From Candidatus Uhrbacteria bacterium (GTDB taxonomy: Bacteria; Patescibacteriota; Patescibacteriia; UBA9934): a stretch of 64,000 nt of DNA. Positions 50,481 through 60,079 of this stretch are shown here, one piece after another. The notes beneath the pieces were generated by a model. It was not told the origin of the DNA, made no database searches, and worked only from the letters and a program-made list of their open reading frames with translations. The stretch is taken from assembly GCA_943359525.1 (NCBI GenBank), contig CALRHV010000001.1:7181-71180 (forward strand). Direction: 5' to 3'. Positions within the stretch are counted from its first letter, which is position 1. Each line of letters starts with the position of its first letter. The translations under genes were made by a program, and so were the position numbers.

Positions 50481-51767
50481 ATGAGAAACAACCGCGTTGC
50501 AGTCGTTGGAGCAGGGCTCGCGGGACTTACTGCCGCGTATCGGATTCTCAAGGAAGGAAAGCATATCGTCGATATTTATGAATCCCAACCAGATATTGGC
50601 GGACGAGTCCAAAGCCGAACCATCCAAGGTCAGAAGGTGGATTTTGGTGGTTTCCTCATGTATCCGTGGTATGAACATGCGCATCAACTTTTTTCCGATC
50701 TTCAGATTGCCGATATCCTCGTGAGTACCCCTCACAGTGATATCTTCTACTTCTTAGACGATTCCGGTGTTGCATTACGAGAAAATGAGATCCCATTTCC
50801 TGTTGGCGACGGACTGCGGATCTGGACGAAGTCGTTCTTTAAAATTCTTCCAAAGTCCGATCTTGCCGCACCAGACCTTGAACGATTCGAAAACAAAACA
50901 ACTTCTGAATATCTCCGATCCGTCCTTGATACTCAAGGCCATGCAGGACTTTACGAAACATTTTTCGACACGGTAAACCAGGGATACTGTTATGGACCGG
51001 TGAATCAAGGCAAGGCAGCTTTTATGATGCCGATTGTTCGGCAGATCCAGTTTCACGGAGACATTCGTACCACATCATTTTTTCCTCAAGGCGCGGAAAC
51101 GCTCACTGAACATCTCAAAAGAGAAATCTTTTCCCTTGGCGGAAATATTCACTGCAACACCTTGATTACCGGCATCGGAGAGAAAGCACTTACATCTGAA
51201 TCGAAGACATTCGATTTCGATTCCGTTGTTTTTGCGCAAAATGTATCGCACGAAATCTATCAATCGCTTCTTCCAAACATCCAGATCCAATGCACGTACA
51301 CTCGATTTATCGCCGTTGCCGTGCGACTTCCAAAAATACCAATCGTCGGCAATTCCCAAGATTGGGGCGCGGCGTTCTATGTGCCAACTGCGCAACCATC
51401 GTTTCAAACGCTTTCCATCATCAATCTTGGCGCGCTCTACGGCGCCGCTCTCGACGGCTGCGTGCTCATGAACATTGTTCTTCGCGACGACGAAACGACT
51501 ACATATACAATTGCCGACGCTACGCGCATCGCACACGCCGAACTTCACCGACTCTTTGCCGACATCCATTCCGTGGAGACGCTTGATTTCGTTCACTGGA
51601 AAACCACCATGCCTATTGCGCAAGAAGCATTCATTCACGCGGTTCGCGACGCACATGGAAAGAACGGAATCTACTTCGCAGGCGATTTTCTTGGCGCTCC
51701 GTCAATCGAAACCGCCATTGCAACCGGAGACATGGCGGCCGAAAGCGTTATCGCTGCTCTGGATTAG
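50481..51767 (+). CDS. FAD-dependent oxidoreductase (amine oxidase/HemY-like)
   Basis: 'VVGAGLAGLTAAY', 'IGGRVQS', 'YFAGDF'. Confidence 0.85.
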   Translation: MRNNRVAVVGAGLAGLTAAYRILKEGKHIVDIYESQPDIGGRVQSRTIQGQKVDFGGFLMYPWYEHAHQLFSDLQIADILVSTPHSDIFYFLDDSGVALRENEIPFPVGDGLRIWTKSFFKILPKSDLAAPDLERFENKTTSEYLRSVLDTQGHAGLYETFFDTVNQGYCYGPVNQGKAAFMMPIVRQIQFHGDIRTTSFFPQGAETLTEHLKREIFSLGGNIHCNTLITGIGEKALTSESKTFDFDSVVFAQNVSHEIYQSLLPNIQIQCTYTRFIAVAVRLPKIPIVGNSQDWGAAFYVPTAQPSFQTLSIINLGALYGAALDGCVLMNIVLRDDETTTYTIADATRIAHAELHRLFADIHSVETLDFVHWKTTMPIAQEAFIHAVRDAHGKNGIYFAGDFLGAPSIETAIATGDMAAESVIAALD

Positions 51768-52564
51768 GATTTCCGAATGCCAATCTTTCCGTTGATCGGA
51801 AGGGTGTTCATGAATGCATCTGAAACTATTTTCACCTCACTGAAATCTGCATTCCACGAAAGAAAGATTGTTTCTGTTGGGAACAAGTATCGTCCACCGT
51901 CGCGACCACAGAAATACACGTTGGGACTGTTTTGTGTACGAATCATGTCTCCTGGAGCGCACGCATCAGGATCTTTCGTGATCGTTTCGTGAACCGTTGT
52001 TTCTTCTGTTTCCGCAGCACTCGCGGCTAAAGTTTTTGTTTCCGCCTTTTGGGCAGCCTTCAGAATAGAGTACGGATTGATTGGAACATTCTTGGGATTC
52101 AGGATTTCAAAGTGCACATGTGCTCCCGTACGTTCCGCGTTCCCCGAATCACCCACGTACCCAATATGCTGACCGCGCTTCACATGAACGCCTTTCTTGA
52201 TTCCCTCGGCGTACGCGTGTTCTGGTCCGCCCAACCCGTCGTCGGTTCCTGGGGTGTCGTTGTTCAAATGCACGTAGTTGTACTGATAGCCGTCGTCGCC
52301 ACCAAGCATGATCATGAACCCGTAGCTTGGCTGTGCCATTGGAGCAAAGAGAATAACACCGTCGACTGCCGCCACCACGGGCAGCATCTTTGCCGCCATA
52401 ATATCGGTGGCGTGGTGAATGCGGCCACCACTTCGTGCCGCGGTAAAAGTGTCTGTGTACGCTACGTCACCAATCACCGGAAAGGTAATGTCGTGAACTC
52501 CCTCAGCACGCGCCGCCATCGGAAAACCTACGAGCAAAAGCACGCCCCATATCCAATACTTCAT
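51764..52564 (-). CDS. Secreted M23 family peptidase with a C-terminal surface repeat domain
   Basis: Signal peptide; 'HHATDI', 'YVHL', 'GDSGNA..HVHFE'. Confidence 0.88.
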   Translation of the reverse strand: MKYWIWGVLLLVGFPMAARAEGVHDITFPVIGDVAYTDTFTAARSGGRIHHATDIMAAKMLPVVAAVDGVILFAPMAQPSYGFMIMLGGDDGYQYNYVHLNNDTPGTDDGLGGPEHAYAEGIKKGVHVKRGQHIGYVGDSGNAERTGAHVHFEILNPKNVPINPYSILKAAQKAETKTLAASAAETEETTVHETITKDPDACAPGDMIRTQNSPNVYFCGRDGGRYLFPTETIFLSWNADFSEVKIVSDAFMNTLPINGKIGIRKS

Positions 52565-52690
52565 AGGCAACTAGTGTATCGCTTTTGTCAACATTTTAAA
52601 AGAAAACATGTGGACACGATGGTGATATTCCCATAGACAGAACGGACGACATCAGCTACACTTCCCCGTCCGATTTCACATGGAGATTCA

Positions 52691-53482
52691 TTGGCAACTC
52701 GCATCATTCCTCTCGACCTCAGCAATGAGGACGTTCTACAAGAATTCGAAACGCAACAGCACGCCTTCTGGCGCGGCAACTGCATCTCCTTCGCGGCCGC
52801 CGTCCATCGCATCACTGGCTGGGAGGTGATCGCCATCGACACCGATCAATACCAATTTTCGCACTGCGGCGTTCGTTCGCCGGAAGGGGTGATCTGGGAT
52901 GGGCGCGGGCCGGTGACGGCGGAACTGTTCATCGAAGGCCACGTGAGCACGGTTCCGGAAGCATTCCGCGTTCCAGCGTGGGACGAGCTGAAAACGGTAT
53001 GGCCGGCGGTCGACCTCCCCGGCACCGAACGCATCGTCTCGCAGATGTTCCCTCACCTCCCCCACCTGCCGTCCAGCGATCGTTCGCGAAACCTCACCTT
53101 CATGGACCGCGTGGAGGCATTAAGCCGACGGTGCAACGTGTGGATTCGTGGAGCACACGCTCCGCACATGAGGCCGGTGATCGGCGAGGCGTTCGGAGAG
53201 GAAGTCGGCTACCGAGCAGCAAAGACTGATGGGCGTATCACGATGGATCGAATGCTTCGGTCGGATGTGGTGCGGGGGCCCAGCCACCTCTCACAACCGT
53301 TCGACCGGTTCCTCGGAGAACTTGCCAATCTCAGCCATCAGCACGGACTGTGGATCCGCGCCGGGCTGCCCACCACGTGGCCAAGAATCGTGCGGCTCGA
53401 TCCGGAGCGCATCAACGCCAACACGCACTACGTGATGCGTCAGACCGACAACGCAGCGGGATTTCTCATCACGCTCCCCTGA
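52691..53482 (+). CDS. Hypothetical protein, possible papain/transglutaminase-like Cys-His-Asp fold
   Basis: TTG start after GGAG; 'GNCISFA', 'SHC', 'WDGRG'; followed by a terminator near 53488-53522. Confidence 0.65.
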   Translation: MATRIIPLDLSNEDVLQEFETQQHAFWRGNCISFAAAVHRITGWEVIAIDTDQYQFSHCGVRSPEGVIWDGRGPVTAELFIEGHVSTVPEAFRVPAWDELKTVWPAVDLPGTERIVSQMFPHLPHLPSSDRSRNLTFMDRVEALSRRCNVWIRGAHAPHMRPVIGEAFGEEVGYRAAKTDGRITMDRMLRSDVVRGPSHLSQPFDRFLGELANLSHQHGLWIRAGLPTTWPRIVRLDPERINANTHYVMRQTDNAAGFLITLP

Positions 53483-53575
53483 AACGCGAAGGCCGCCCTC
53501 ACCGGCGGCCTTCATGCTTTTTCATCCACAGAAATGCGTTGACAGCTGGGTGGAACAGGCATGAAATGACTGTAT

Positions 53576-54685
53576 ATGACAAATCTTTTCCTCCGTAAGG
53601 TGCTCGGAGTTACAACAATCTTCGCAATGTTCCTTACTTTTGTTCCGCTTTCTGCCAGCGCCTCCTGGCTTGGCGCACCAAGTAACGTCACGCTCGAAGA
53701 TGGCATTTACACAAATGACACCACGCCAACCGCCACCTGGACTCGTCCAGCTAACGCAACGTGGTACCAAGTTCTTGTCGACAACGGCGAGTGGCAAAAC
53801 CTGTCCAACGTTGGTTCGTACACGCTGTTAACGCAAACAAACGGCTGGCATACGTTCTACGTTCGCGCTCGTGGCAATAACAACACCGTGAGCACATCGG
53901 GATCCGTCACCTTCGAAATCGACACCATCGGCCCAACAGTCTCGACGGTATCTCCCTCATCGGCGATCGAGGATGTATCAACCGCGTTCTCAATTTCAAC
54001 CTCTGGCGAAGCTGCAACATCGTTCTGTGATCTGTACGTTAGTGGATCGTTCACTGGATCGATGACGAAAAGTGGGTCAACCTTCAGTAAGTCCTACACG
54101 TTTGCGAATGACGGAAGCTATACCGTATACGCACGCTGCACCGATGGCGACGGCAACTCCACCACGGGAACATCGCGCACCGTAACCGTGAGCAACCAAT
54201 CAACCACATACACCGGCGCAGTTCGCGGATCGCTCATCAAAATTCCTTGCGGCGTGTACGCACGAACGTCGGAAACGTGTAAGGCGGTGTACTACTTCGG
54301 CAACGACGGCAAGCGCCATGTGTTCGCAAACGAAAGCGTGTTCTACACGTGGTACTCCGATTTTGACGACGTGGTGAACGTAAGCCAAGACTTCATGTCG
54401 TCACTGACGATCGGGAAAAATGTCACATATCGCCCAGGAAGCGTCGTCGTAAAATTCGACAGCTCATCCAAGGTGTACGCCATTCAAGCGGATCACACGC
54501 TTCGTCACTACACCACACTCTCGCTCCTGAAATCCGATTACGGTACATACTGGACGAACGTTCTCGCGAAAGTTCCAGATTCCCTCTACAGCAACTACAC
54601 CATCGGCTCCGTGATCGACAACGTCCGAGACTACGACCGCGACGATGCGTACTATTCCGTCGACTCCATCGACGACGTGCTCTAA
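53576..54685 (+). CDS. Secreted/cell-surface protein, Ig-like domains plus 'VYY..DGKRHVF' repeats
   Basis: Signal peptide; Thr/Ser-rich beta domains; paralog of 57171..58310. Confidence 0.8.
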   Translation: MTNLFLRKVLGVTTIFAMFLTFVPLSASASWLGAPSNVTLEDGIYTNDTTPTATWTRPANATWYQVLVDNGEWQNLSNVGSYTLLTQTNGWHTFYVRARGNNNTVSTSGSVTFEIDTIGPTVSTVSPSSAIEDVSTAFSISTSGEAATSFCDLYVSGSFTGSMTKSGSTFSKSYTFANDGSYTVYARCTDGDGNSTTGTSRTVTVSNQSTTYTGAVRGSLIKIPCGVYARTSETCKAVYYFGNDGKRHVFANESVFYTWYSDFDDVVNVSQDFMSSLTIGKNVTYRPGSVVVKFDSSSKVYAIQADHTLRHYTTLSLLKSDYGTYWTNVLAKVPDSLYSNYTIGSVIDNVRDYDRDDAYYSVDSIDDVL

Positions 54686-54764
54686 ACGCGATCGATCAGA
54701 TCGGCAAGACACCAAAACCGGCTCTGCGCCGGTTTTGTGATTGCAATTTGTTATACTGCTCTGC

Positions 54765-55907
54765 ATGAAGATCGCAACAAATGTTCATCGTGATGCTTTT
54801 GGCGGAATTACCATTTCAAACCTCGCATTATTTGATTGGCTCAAAGACAAGGACACCACGATTGTTGGTATTGAGTACATCAATTCCCGCCATTTTCTTG
54901 GAGCAGTCATTTTTCGTCACTATCTTCCCTCATTTTTTAGTCATCACATCATTAATGGCATCGACATTGTTCCTCGCTATTCATGGGAGACAACATCGAA
55001 CATAAAAAAACGATGGAGAGTACTTATCGAAACAACAAAAAAAGTATTACAGCAAGAGGCGCCGGACGTTGTATTGATTAACGGAACCTATTCTTCCCCG
55101 TGGATTCTGGCTCAAGCGGCTCATGAACTTGGCATTCCTATTGTTTTACGATATGCAGGAGTACTGCAAAAAGAGGTTGTGCATAAAGGATATTTCGTTC
55201 GCAGGCGCCTTTTAGGCTATGAACGATGGATCGTTTCCAGCGCGACGGCGATTATTTTTCCCTCTGCTCTCTGTAAAAAAGTTGTTGAAGAAGACGTTCT
55301 CAAACACGTCGTATCGCAGGGCGTCATTATTCCGAATCCCGTGAGCGCTCTTGGTGCGATGCGGAGAAGAACAAAAAAGAGTCGCTTTACCATTGCCACG
55401 ATTGGACGCTGGACCCCAATTAAAAATTTCCAAGCTTTCATTGCCCTCCACACAAAACTTCTTAAAGACCGATGGCCGCATCGTGCGGTGATGGTCACGT
55501 CGTACTGGGACAATAAATTTGGCATTCCAGAAACCATCGAGCGAAAGGAGCCGATGAGTCAGGAAGATCTTCGGAAATTTTACCAATCCATTGATCTCCT
55601 TGTTGTCCCTTCTCATTTTGAAACATTCTGTAACGTTGCCGCTGAGGCATTGGTTCATGGATCTTCAGTGCTCGTTTCCGAAAATGTCGGCTTTGCGGAA
55701 GTACTGAAACAGGCCGGGCTCGGACGCATGGTTATTCCGTCATTCGAAAATCCCGCAATAGTTGCCACTGCAGTCAAACGCATCGCAAAAACGACTCTCA
55801 CAAAAAAGGAACGAGATGCCGTCGCACGTATTGTGCGTCCTCAAGAAATTCACGAAAATATTATTCGTGTCTTGGAATTGGTTCTTAAGGGCGAATTACT
55901 CAAGTAG
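54765..55907 (+). CDS. Glycosyltransferase family 4
   Basis: 'IIPNPV', 'IGRWTPIKN', 'VVPSHFETFCNVAAEA'. Confidence 0.88.
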   Translation: MKIATNVHRDAFGGITISNLALFDWLKDKDTTIVGIEYINSRHFLGAVIFRHYLPSFFSHHIINGIDIVPRYSWETTSNIKKRWRVLIETTKKVLQQEAPDVVLINGTYSSPWILAQAAHELGIPIVLRYAGVLQKEVVHKGYFVRRRLLGYERWIVSSATAIIFPSALCKKVVEEDVLKHVVSQGVIIPNPVSALGAMRRRTKKSRFTIATIGRWTPIKNFQAFIALHTKLLKDRWPHRAVMVTSYWDNKFGIPETIERKEPMSQEDLRKFYQSIDLLVVPSHFETFCNVAAEALVHGSSVLVSENVGFAEVLKQAGLGRMVIPSFENPAIVATAVKRIAKTTLTKKERDAVARIVRPQEIHENIIRVLELVLKGELLK

Positions 55908-56043
55908 CACTCCCGGATTTCTCCGGGAGTGCGTGGCACATGTTAGTGCGTTCCTTGGTTGTACAATTTGAGCGCGTAGTCAGACCACCACGCTCCGGCG
56001 CTCGGGCCGCCACTGCAGTTGCCGTCGGAATCGCCTGGTGCTT

Positions 56044-56505
56044 TCACCCATAATCCTGCATCTTGATATCACTGACGGCTTTCATGAATTCGTCGTAATG
56101 TGCTGCGATCATCGAACGATTGATAGTGTAGCCGAGCGTGATGTGCTGACTCAGGACTTTTGTAGCCCATTGACGGAATTTGGTTGCTCGTTGGGAATTC
56201 ACCCGGTATCCAACAGAAATAATCACGTCGAGATTGTAGTACTCAATTTCACGTGTTACTTCGCGTTTGCCTTCCTTTTGAACTGTTGCGATTTTTGCAA
56301 CAGTTGCCTTTTGGCCAAGTTCGCCACTTTCAAAAATATTCTGGATATGACGAGAGACACCGGATTTATCCGTATCAAAAAGATCAGCCATTTGCTGAAG
56401 ACTGGCCCAAAGCGTTTGTTTTTTTGTATCTGTGCGCAGCTCGATAGCTCCGGATTTCGCCTGATAAACAGCGAGCTGATTCGTGATATTCCTCTTGGAT
56501 TTCAT
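56044..56505 (-). pseudogene. RhuM-family protein, apparently C-terminally truncated
   Basis: 'QMADLF', 'SRHIQNIFESGEL', 'YNLDVIISVGYRVNSQRATKFRQWAT'; stops at 153 aa. Confidence 0.7.
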
Positions 56506-56551
56506 ACGGAGGCATTATAACAAAATCCCAGCATTTCTGCTGAGATTTCGT

Positions 56552-56626
56552 TGGCTCCGGGGGTGGGGATCGAACCCACGACCTGAGGATTAACAGTCCT
56601 TCGCTCTGCCGCTGAGCTACCCCGGA
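56552..56626 (-). tRNA. tRNA-Asn(GTT)
   Basis: TCCGGGGTAGCTCAGCGGCAGAGCGAAGGACTGTTAATCCTCAGGTCGTGGGTTCGATCCCCACCCCCGGAGCCA: cloverleaf, anticodon GTT, encoded CCA. Confidence 0.97.
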
Positions 56627-56728
56627 ACGAATAATGAACGGGGGCAGAATATCATGATTGGCGCAGAGGATCAAGCGGGTGTGCCCACAGAGCCAGGCCG
56701 TCTTCGTGTTAAAATACGAACATATCCT

Positions 56729-57118
56729 ATGCAAAAATCTACCATATTCGGCATCAAGGTCAGCGTCGGCTCAACACTTCTCCTCTTCGCGCTCGTTGTT
56801 CTCTCCTATTACGTCCTCGGCGAAGGATATCGCGAAGCTATTCACAATAAGGTTTTTATAGGTGCGTACACAACCGTTCTCTCTTTCCTCACCGCGCTAT
56901 TCACCGCAAATACTCTGTTAAAGAATTCAAAGCTCTCAAAACAAGAGGCTATCGATCACCTGAATCGAGGCTGGCGGGTATATGCAGGAATTGCGGCGAT
57001 CTTCTTTTTTATCAACTTCAACCAGGCACTGATGAATGGACCGATCTTCACCTTGTTCTCAATTCTCTCAATCGCCGCTGGTTCTGCAGCGTTCTTTGTT
57101 CTGAGGGCTCGACAGTAA
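56729..57118 (+). CDS. Hypothetical membrane protein (about 4 TM)
   Basis: 129 aa from MQKSTIFG; terminator near 57119-57153. Confidence 0.7.
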   Translation: MQKSTIFGIKVSVGSTLLLFALVVLSYYVLGEGYREAIHNKVFIGAYTTVLSFLTALFTANTLLKNSKLSKQEAIDHLNRGWRVYAGIAAIFFFINFNQALMNGPIFTLFSILSIAAGSAAFFVLRARQ

Positions 57119-57170
57119 ACAAAAAAGACGAAGCATTGCTGCCCCGTCTTTTTCTCATCGTGATCGATGA

Positions 57171-58310
57171 TTAGTCGATAACGACGCCATTGTCCCAGTT
57201 CTGATCAATGGTAGTTGTTCCGTAAAATTCCTTTGTTTTGCTGTAATCGGCAGAGGAATAAATCTTGCTGCCGATGGTGTAGTTGTTCCAATATGCCTGC
57301 GGAAGCGTCACAACGTAACTCGTCCAGCGCGAACCGTAAATGGCCTTTGCTGCAGCTTCATTAACAATGGGACGGAGCACCTGACCATCGGCCACCGCGT
57401 ACACCGTGCTGGAATTTGAGAATTTCACAAGCGACGTGCCAGGACGATACGTCACATTCCGGCCGCTCGGCATATTATTAAGTGTTGCCTTACTCACGAT
57501 GATCACGTTCGAAAACGAACTGTACCAGGTTTTGTACACGCTTTCTGATGGGAAAAGGTGCTTCTTACCGTCCAAACCGTAGTAATACACGATATGACAA
57601 TCGTCAGAAGTTGGCGCGTATGATCCGCACTGGGTCTTCACCACTGTTCCCTTTACGACGTTCGCGACCGGATAGTCGTCATACAAAATGACGCCCTTGC
57701 TCACACCAACAAACGATACCGGGCCGTTGCTCCAATTATTATCAGCATCAACACACGTTGACTGAATAACATTGCGTCCAAGCGCGTTCAAGGTGACGCT
57801 CTGAGACCATCTCGATCCATCGATCGCCATCCGCTCACCGAGCGTGCCGTTCACACGGAGTTTGCAATACTGCACCGGAGCCTCTCCCGATGTTGTCACA
57901 TAAAAACGCGTTAAGACTCCAGCTACTGCAGTGGTCGGAGTAACAACCGACACCACTGGCCCCTGCGTATCGATCTCAAAGGTCAGCCCAGAGGAAACGC
58001 TTACGCCGTTCACGCTGTCGTGGGAACGAACGTAGAAGGTGTGCCATCCGGTTGTGAGGGTGTTGTATGTATACGTAGAAACGTTGCCGATTCCAGCCCA
58101 TTCGCCGTTGTCGAGCAACACTTCGTACCAGGTTGCGCCCGCTGAAGGCGTCCAGGTGAAGGTTGGGGTAACGTCATTGGTGTACTTTCCGCCAACAATC
58201 GCAAGGTTTACTGGAGCTACAGGAGCCGCAAATGCTGGCAACGCTGGGCCGAACACCGAACCAATAATCATCACCGCTACTGCGAAACGTGACACAAGCG
58301 TCTTTTGCAT
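57171..58310 (-). CDS. Secreted/cell-surface protein, paralog of 53576..54685
   Basis: Shared 'YTND.TPT.TW', 'ATWY.VL.DNGEW', 'GWHTFYVR', 'TFEIDT.GP', 'NVTYRPG'. Confidence 0.8.
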   Translation of the reverse strand: MQKTLVSRFAVAVMIIGSVFGPALPAFAAPVAPVNLAIVGGKYTNDVTPTFTWTPSAGATWYEVLLDNGEWAGIGNVSTYTYNTLTTGWHTFYVRSHDSVNGVSVSSGLTFEIDTQGPVVSVVTPTTAVAGVLTRFYVTTSGEAPVQYCKLRVNGTLGERMAIDGSRWSQSVTLNALGRNVIQSTCVDADNNWSNGPVSFVGVSKGVILYDDYPVANVVKGTVVKTQCGSYAPTSDDCHIVYYYGLDGKKHLFPSESVYKTWYSSFSNVIIVSKATLNNMPSGRNVTYRPGTSLVKFSNSSTVYAVADGQVLRPIVNEAAAKAIYGSRWTSYVVTLPQAYWNNYTIGSKIYSSADYSKTKEFYGTTTIDQNWDNGVVID

Positions 58311-58405
58311 AGTTGAATGACCCTCCGATTACTTTTCTATTGATATTGCACGTTATTTAGGCACTTCTGTCAATAATTTCAGGGGTAGGCTATCCTTACG
58401 CGACT

Positions 58406-59302
58406 ATGAATCCACTCTCAATCCAACACGTTTCAAAAACGTACAAAACACCCAAAAAAGAAGATTTGTTGGCCGTGGACGACGTTTCGCTCGTTATTGC
58501 CCCTGGAAGCATTCATGGGCTGCTCGGCCCCAATGGCGCCGGAAAATCCACGCTCATCAGCCTTATTGCCGGAATCAATACGCCAACACATGGTTCAATT
58601 ACGCTTTTCGGCCTTGATGTGATCAAAAACCCCGAGGCCGCAAAAGGGCTCATCGGCGTTGTCCCACAGGAGGTGGTGGTGGAAATGGCTTTCACTGTTC
58701 AAGAAGTGCTGTATTACTTTTCTGGAATGTACGGCGTACCACAGGCCCAGCGACAAGCGCGAATCGACCAAGCACTTGACGACCTCCAACTCACAGAAAA
58801 GAAACACGAAAAAGCAAAGAATCTTTCCGGCGGAATGAAACGTAGGCTGATGATCGCAAAGGCGATTCTTCATCAACCAAAATTACTCATCCTCGACGAA
58901 CCAACAGCGGGCGTCGACGTCGCGTTGCGACAAAAGATCTGGGAACTCGTCCGCAGGCTCAACGCATCCGGCACAACGATTCTCTTTACCACGCACTATC
59001 TTGAAGAAGCCGAACAGCTTTGTGATGCGATTACGCTCGTGAATCATGGAAAGGTGATCAAGGAAGGAAAGCTTAAGGATATTCAGCAGGAATTCTCCAA
59101 GAACATCATTCACTTTGAGCTGTTTAATAAATCTGTTTCACATCCAAGCGACGTTGTTGCTACCGGTTCTGAATTCGAATTCCCGATGACGAATCTTGCG
59201 CAAGACATGAACATGATCACCACGCATTACGGCGATAATCTCAAAAATATTCGAAGCGAAGCTGCATCGCTTGAGCAGATCTTCCTGACGCTGACGAAAT
59301 AA
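58406..59302 (+). CDS. ABC-2 transporter ATP-binding protein
   Basis: 'GPNGAGKST', 'LSGGMKRR', 'LDEPTAGVD', 'TTHYLEEAE'. Confidence 0.93.
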   Translation: MNPLSIQHVSKTYKTPKKEDLLAVDDVSLVIAPGSIHGLLGPNGAGKSTLISLIAGINTPTHGSITLFGLDVIKNPEAAKGLIGVVPQEVVVEMAFTVQEVLYYFSGMYGVPQAQRQARIDQALDDLQLTEKKHEKAKNLSGGMKRRLMIAKAILHQPKLLILDEPTAGVDVALRQKIWELVRRLNASGTTILFTTHYLEEAEQLCDAITLVNHGKVIKEGKLKDIQQEFSKNIIHFELFNKSVSHPSDVVATGSEFEFPMTNLAQDMNMITTHYGDNLKNIRSEAASLEQIFLTLTK

Positions 59303-59308
59303 TTCTCT

Positions 59309-60076
59309 ATGAGTATCTCCCTCCCCCAAACCGGAATGTGGGCGCTGTATGCCCGCGAAGTGAAACGTTTCCAAAAACTTTGGATGGACACCATCTTTAA
59401 CCCGATTGTTTCCATCGGACTGTATCTTGCAGTGTTTGGAGTCGTTGCTGGTGATCGCGTGATTCACGGCGTTCCGTACCTCGCGTTCATCTACATTGGA
59501 CTGCTCAGCATGAATCTGATCAACGCGAGTATTTCAAACCCCGCGTTCGCGCTCATCATCAGCAAAAATCTCGGAACGATCATCGACCTACAGCTTGCGC
59601 CAATTTCCCCATGGCGCGTTGGACTGGCTTACGCCCTTGCTGCTCTCACTCGCGGAGTCATCACGCTCTTCGTTGGAGTCCTGCTCACGGCGTGGTTCAT
59701 TCCGCTTGGAGGCATTGCTCACCCATTCCTGCTCCTCCTTGCGATTGCCTTAACCGGCATTCAATTCGGCATTGTTGGCGTTGCGTTCGGCATGTGGGCG
59801 AAGAATTTTGAGGCCCTCACATTCCTAACAACGTTCGTTCTACAACCGATGATCTTTCTTGCCGGCGTGTTCTACCCTATCGATAGTTTGCCATCGCCGT
59901 GGAACATCATCAGCCAGTTCAATCCCCTGCATCACAACGTAAATCTTCTCCGTTTCGCCGTTACCGATTACGCCGACGGCAATCCATGGAGATCGCTCAT
60001 TATCGTTATCACTCTTCTTGTCGCCGCAACCGTCGCGATGCATTACATCGTGAAGAAAAAACTTCGCGCGGAGTAA
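59309..60076 (+). CDS. ABC-2 transporter permease
   Basis: 'REVKRF', 'FLAGVFYPIDSLP', 'NPL'; about 6 TM. Confidence 0.92.
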   Translation: MSISLPQTGMWALYAREVKRFQKLWMDTIFNPIVSIGLYLAVFGVVAGDRVIHGVPYLAFIYIGLLSMNLINASISNPAFALIISKNLGTIIDLQLAPISPWRVGLAYALAALTRGVITLFVGVLLTAWFIPLGGIAHPFLLLLAIALTGIQFGIVGVAFGMWAKNFEALTFLTTFVLQPMIFLAGVFYPIDSLPSPWNIISQFNPLHHNVNLLRFAVTDYADGNPWRSLIIVITLLVAATVAMHYIVKKKLRAE

Positions 60077-60079
60077 TCT

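Noticed and set aside
56655-56710. Possible riboswitch upstream of the membrane orphan
   Set aside because: Only fragmentary resemblance (GATTGGCG, AGCCAGG) to ZTP or cobalamin motifs; the required stems are not found
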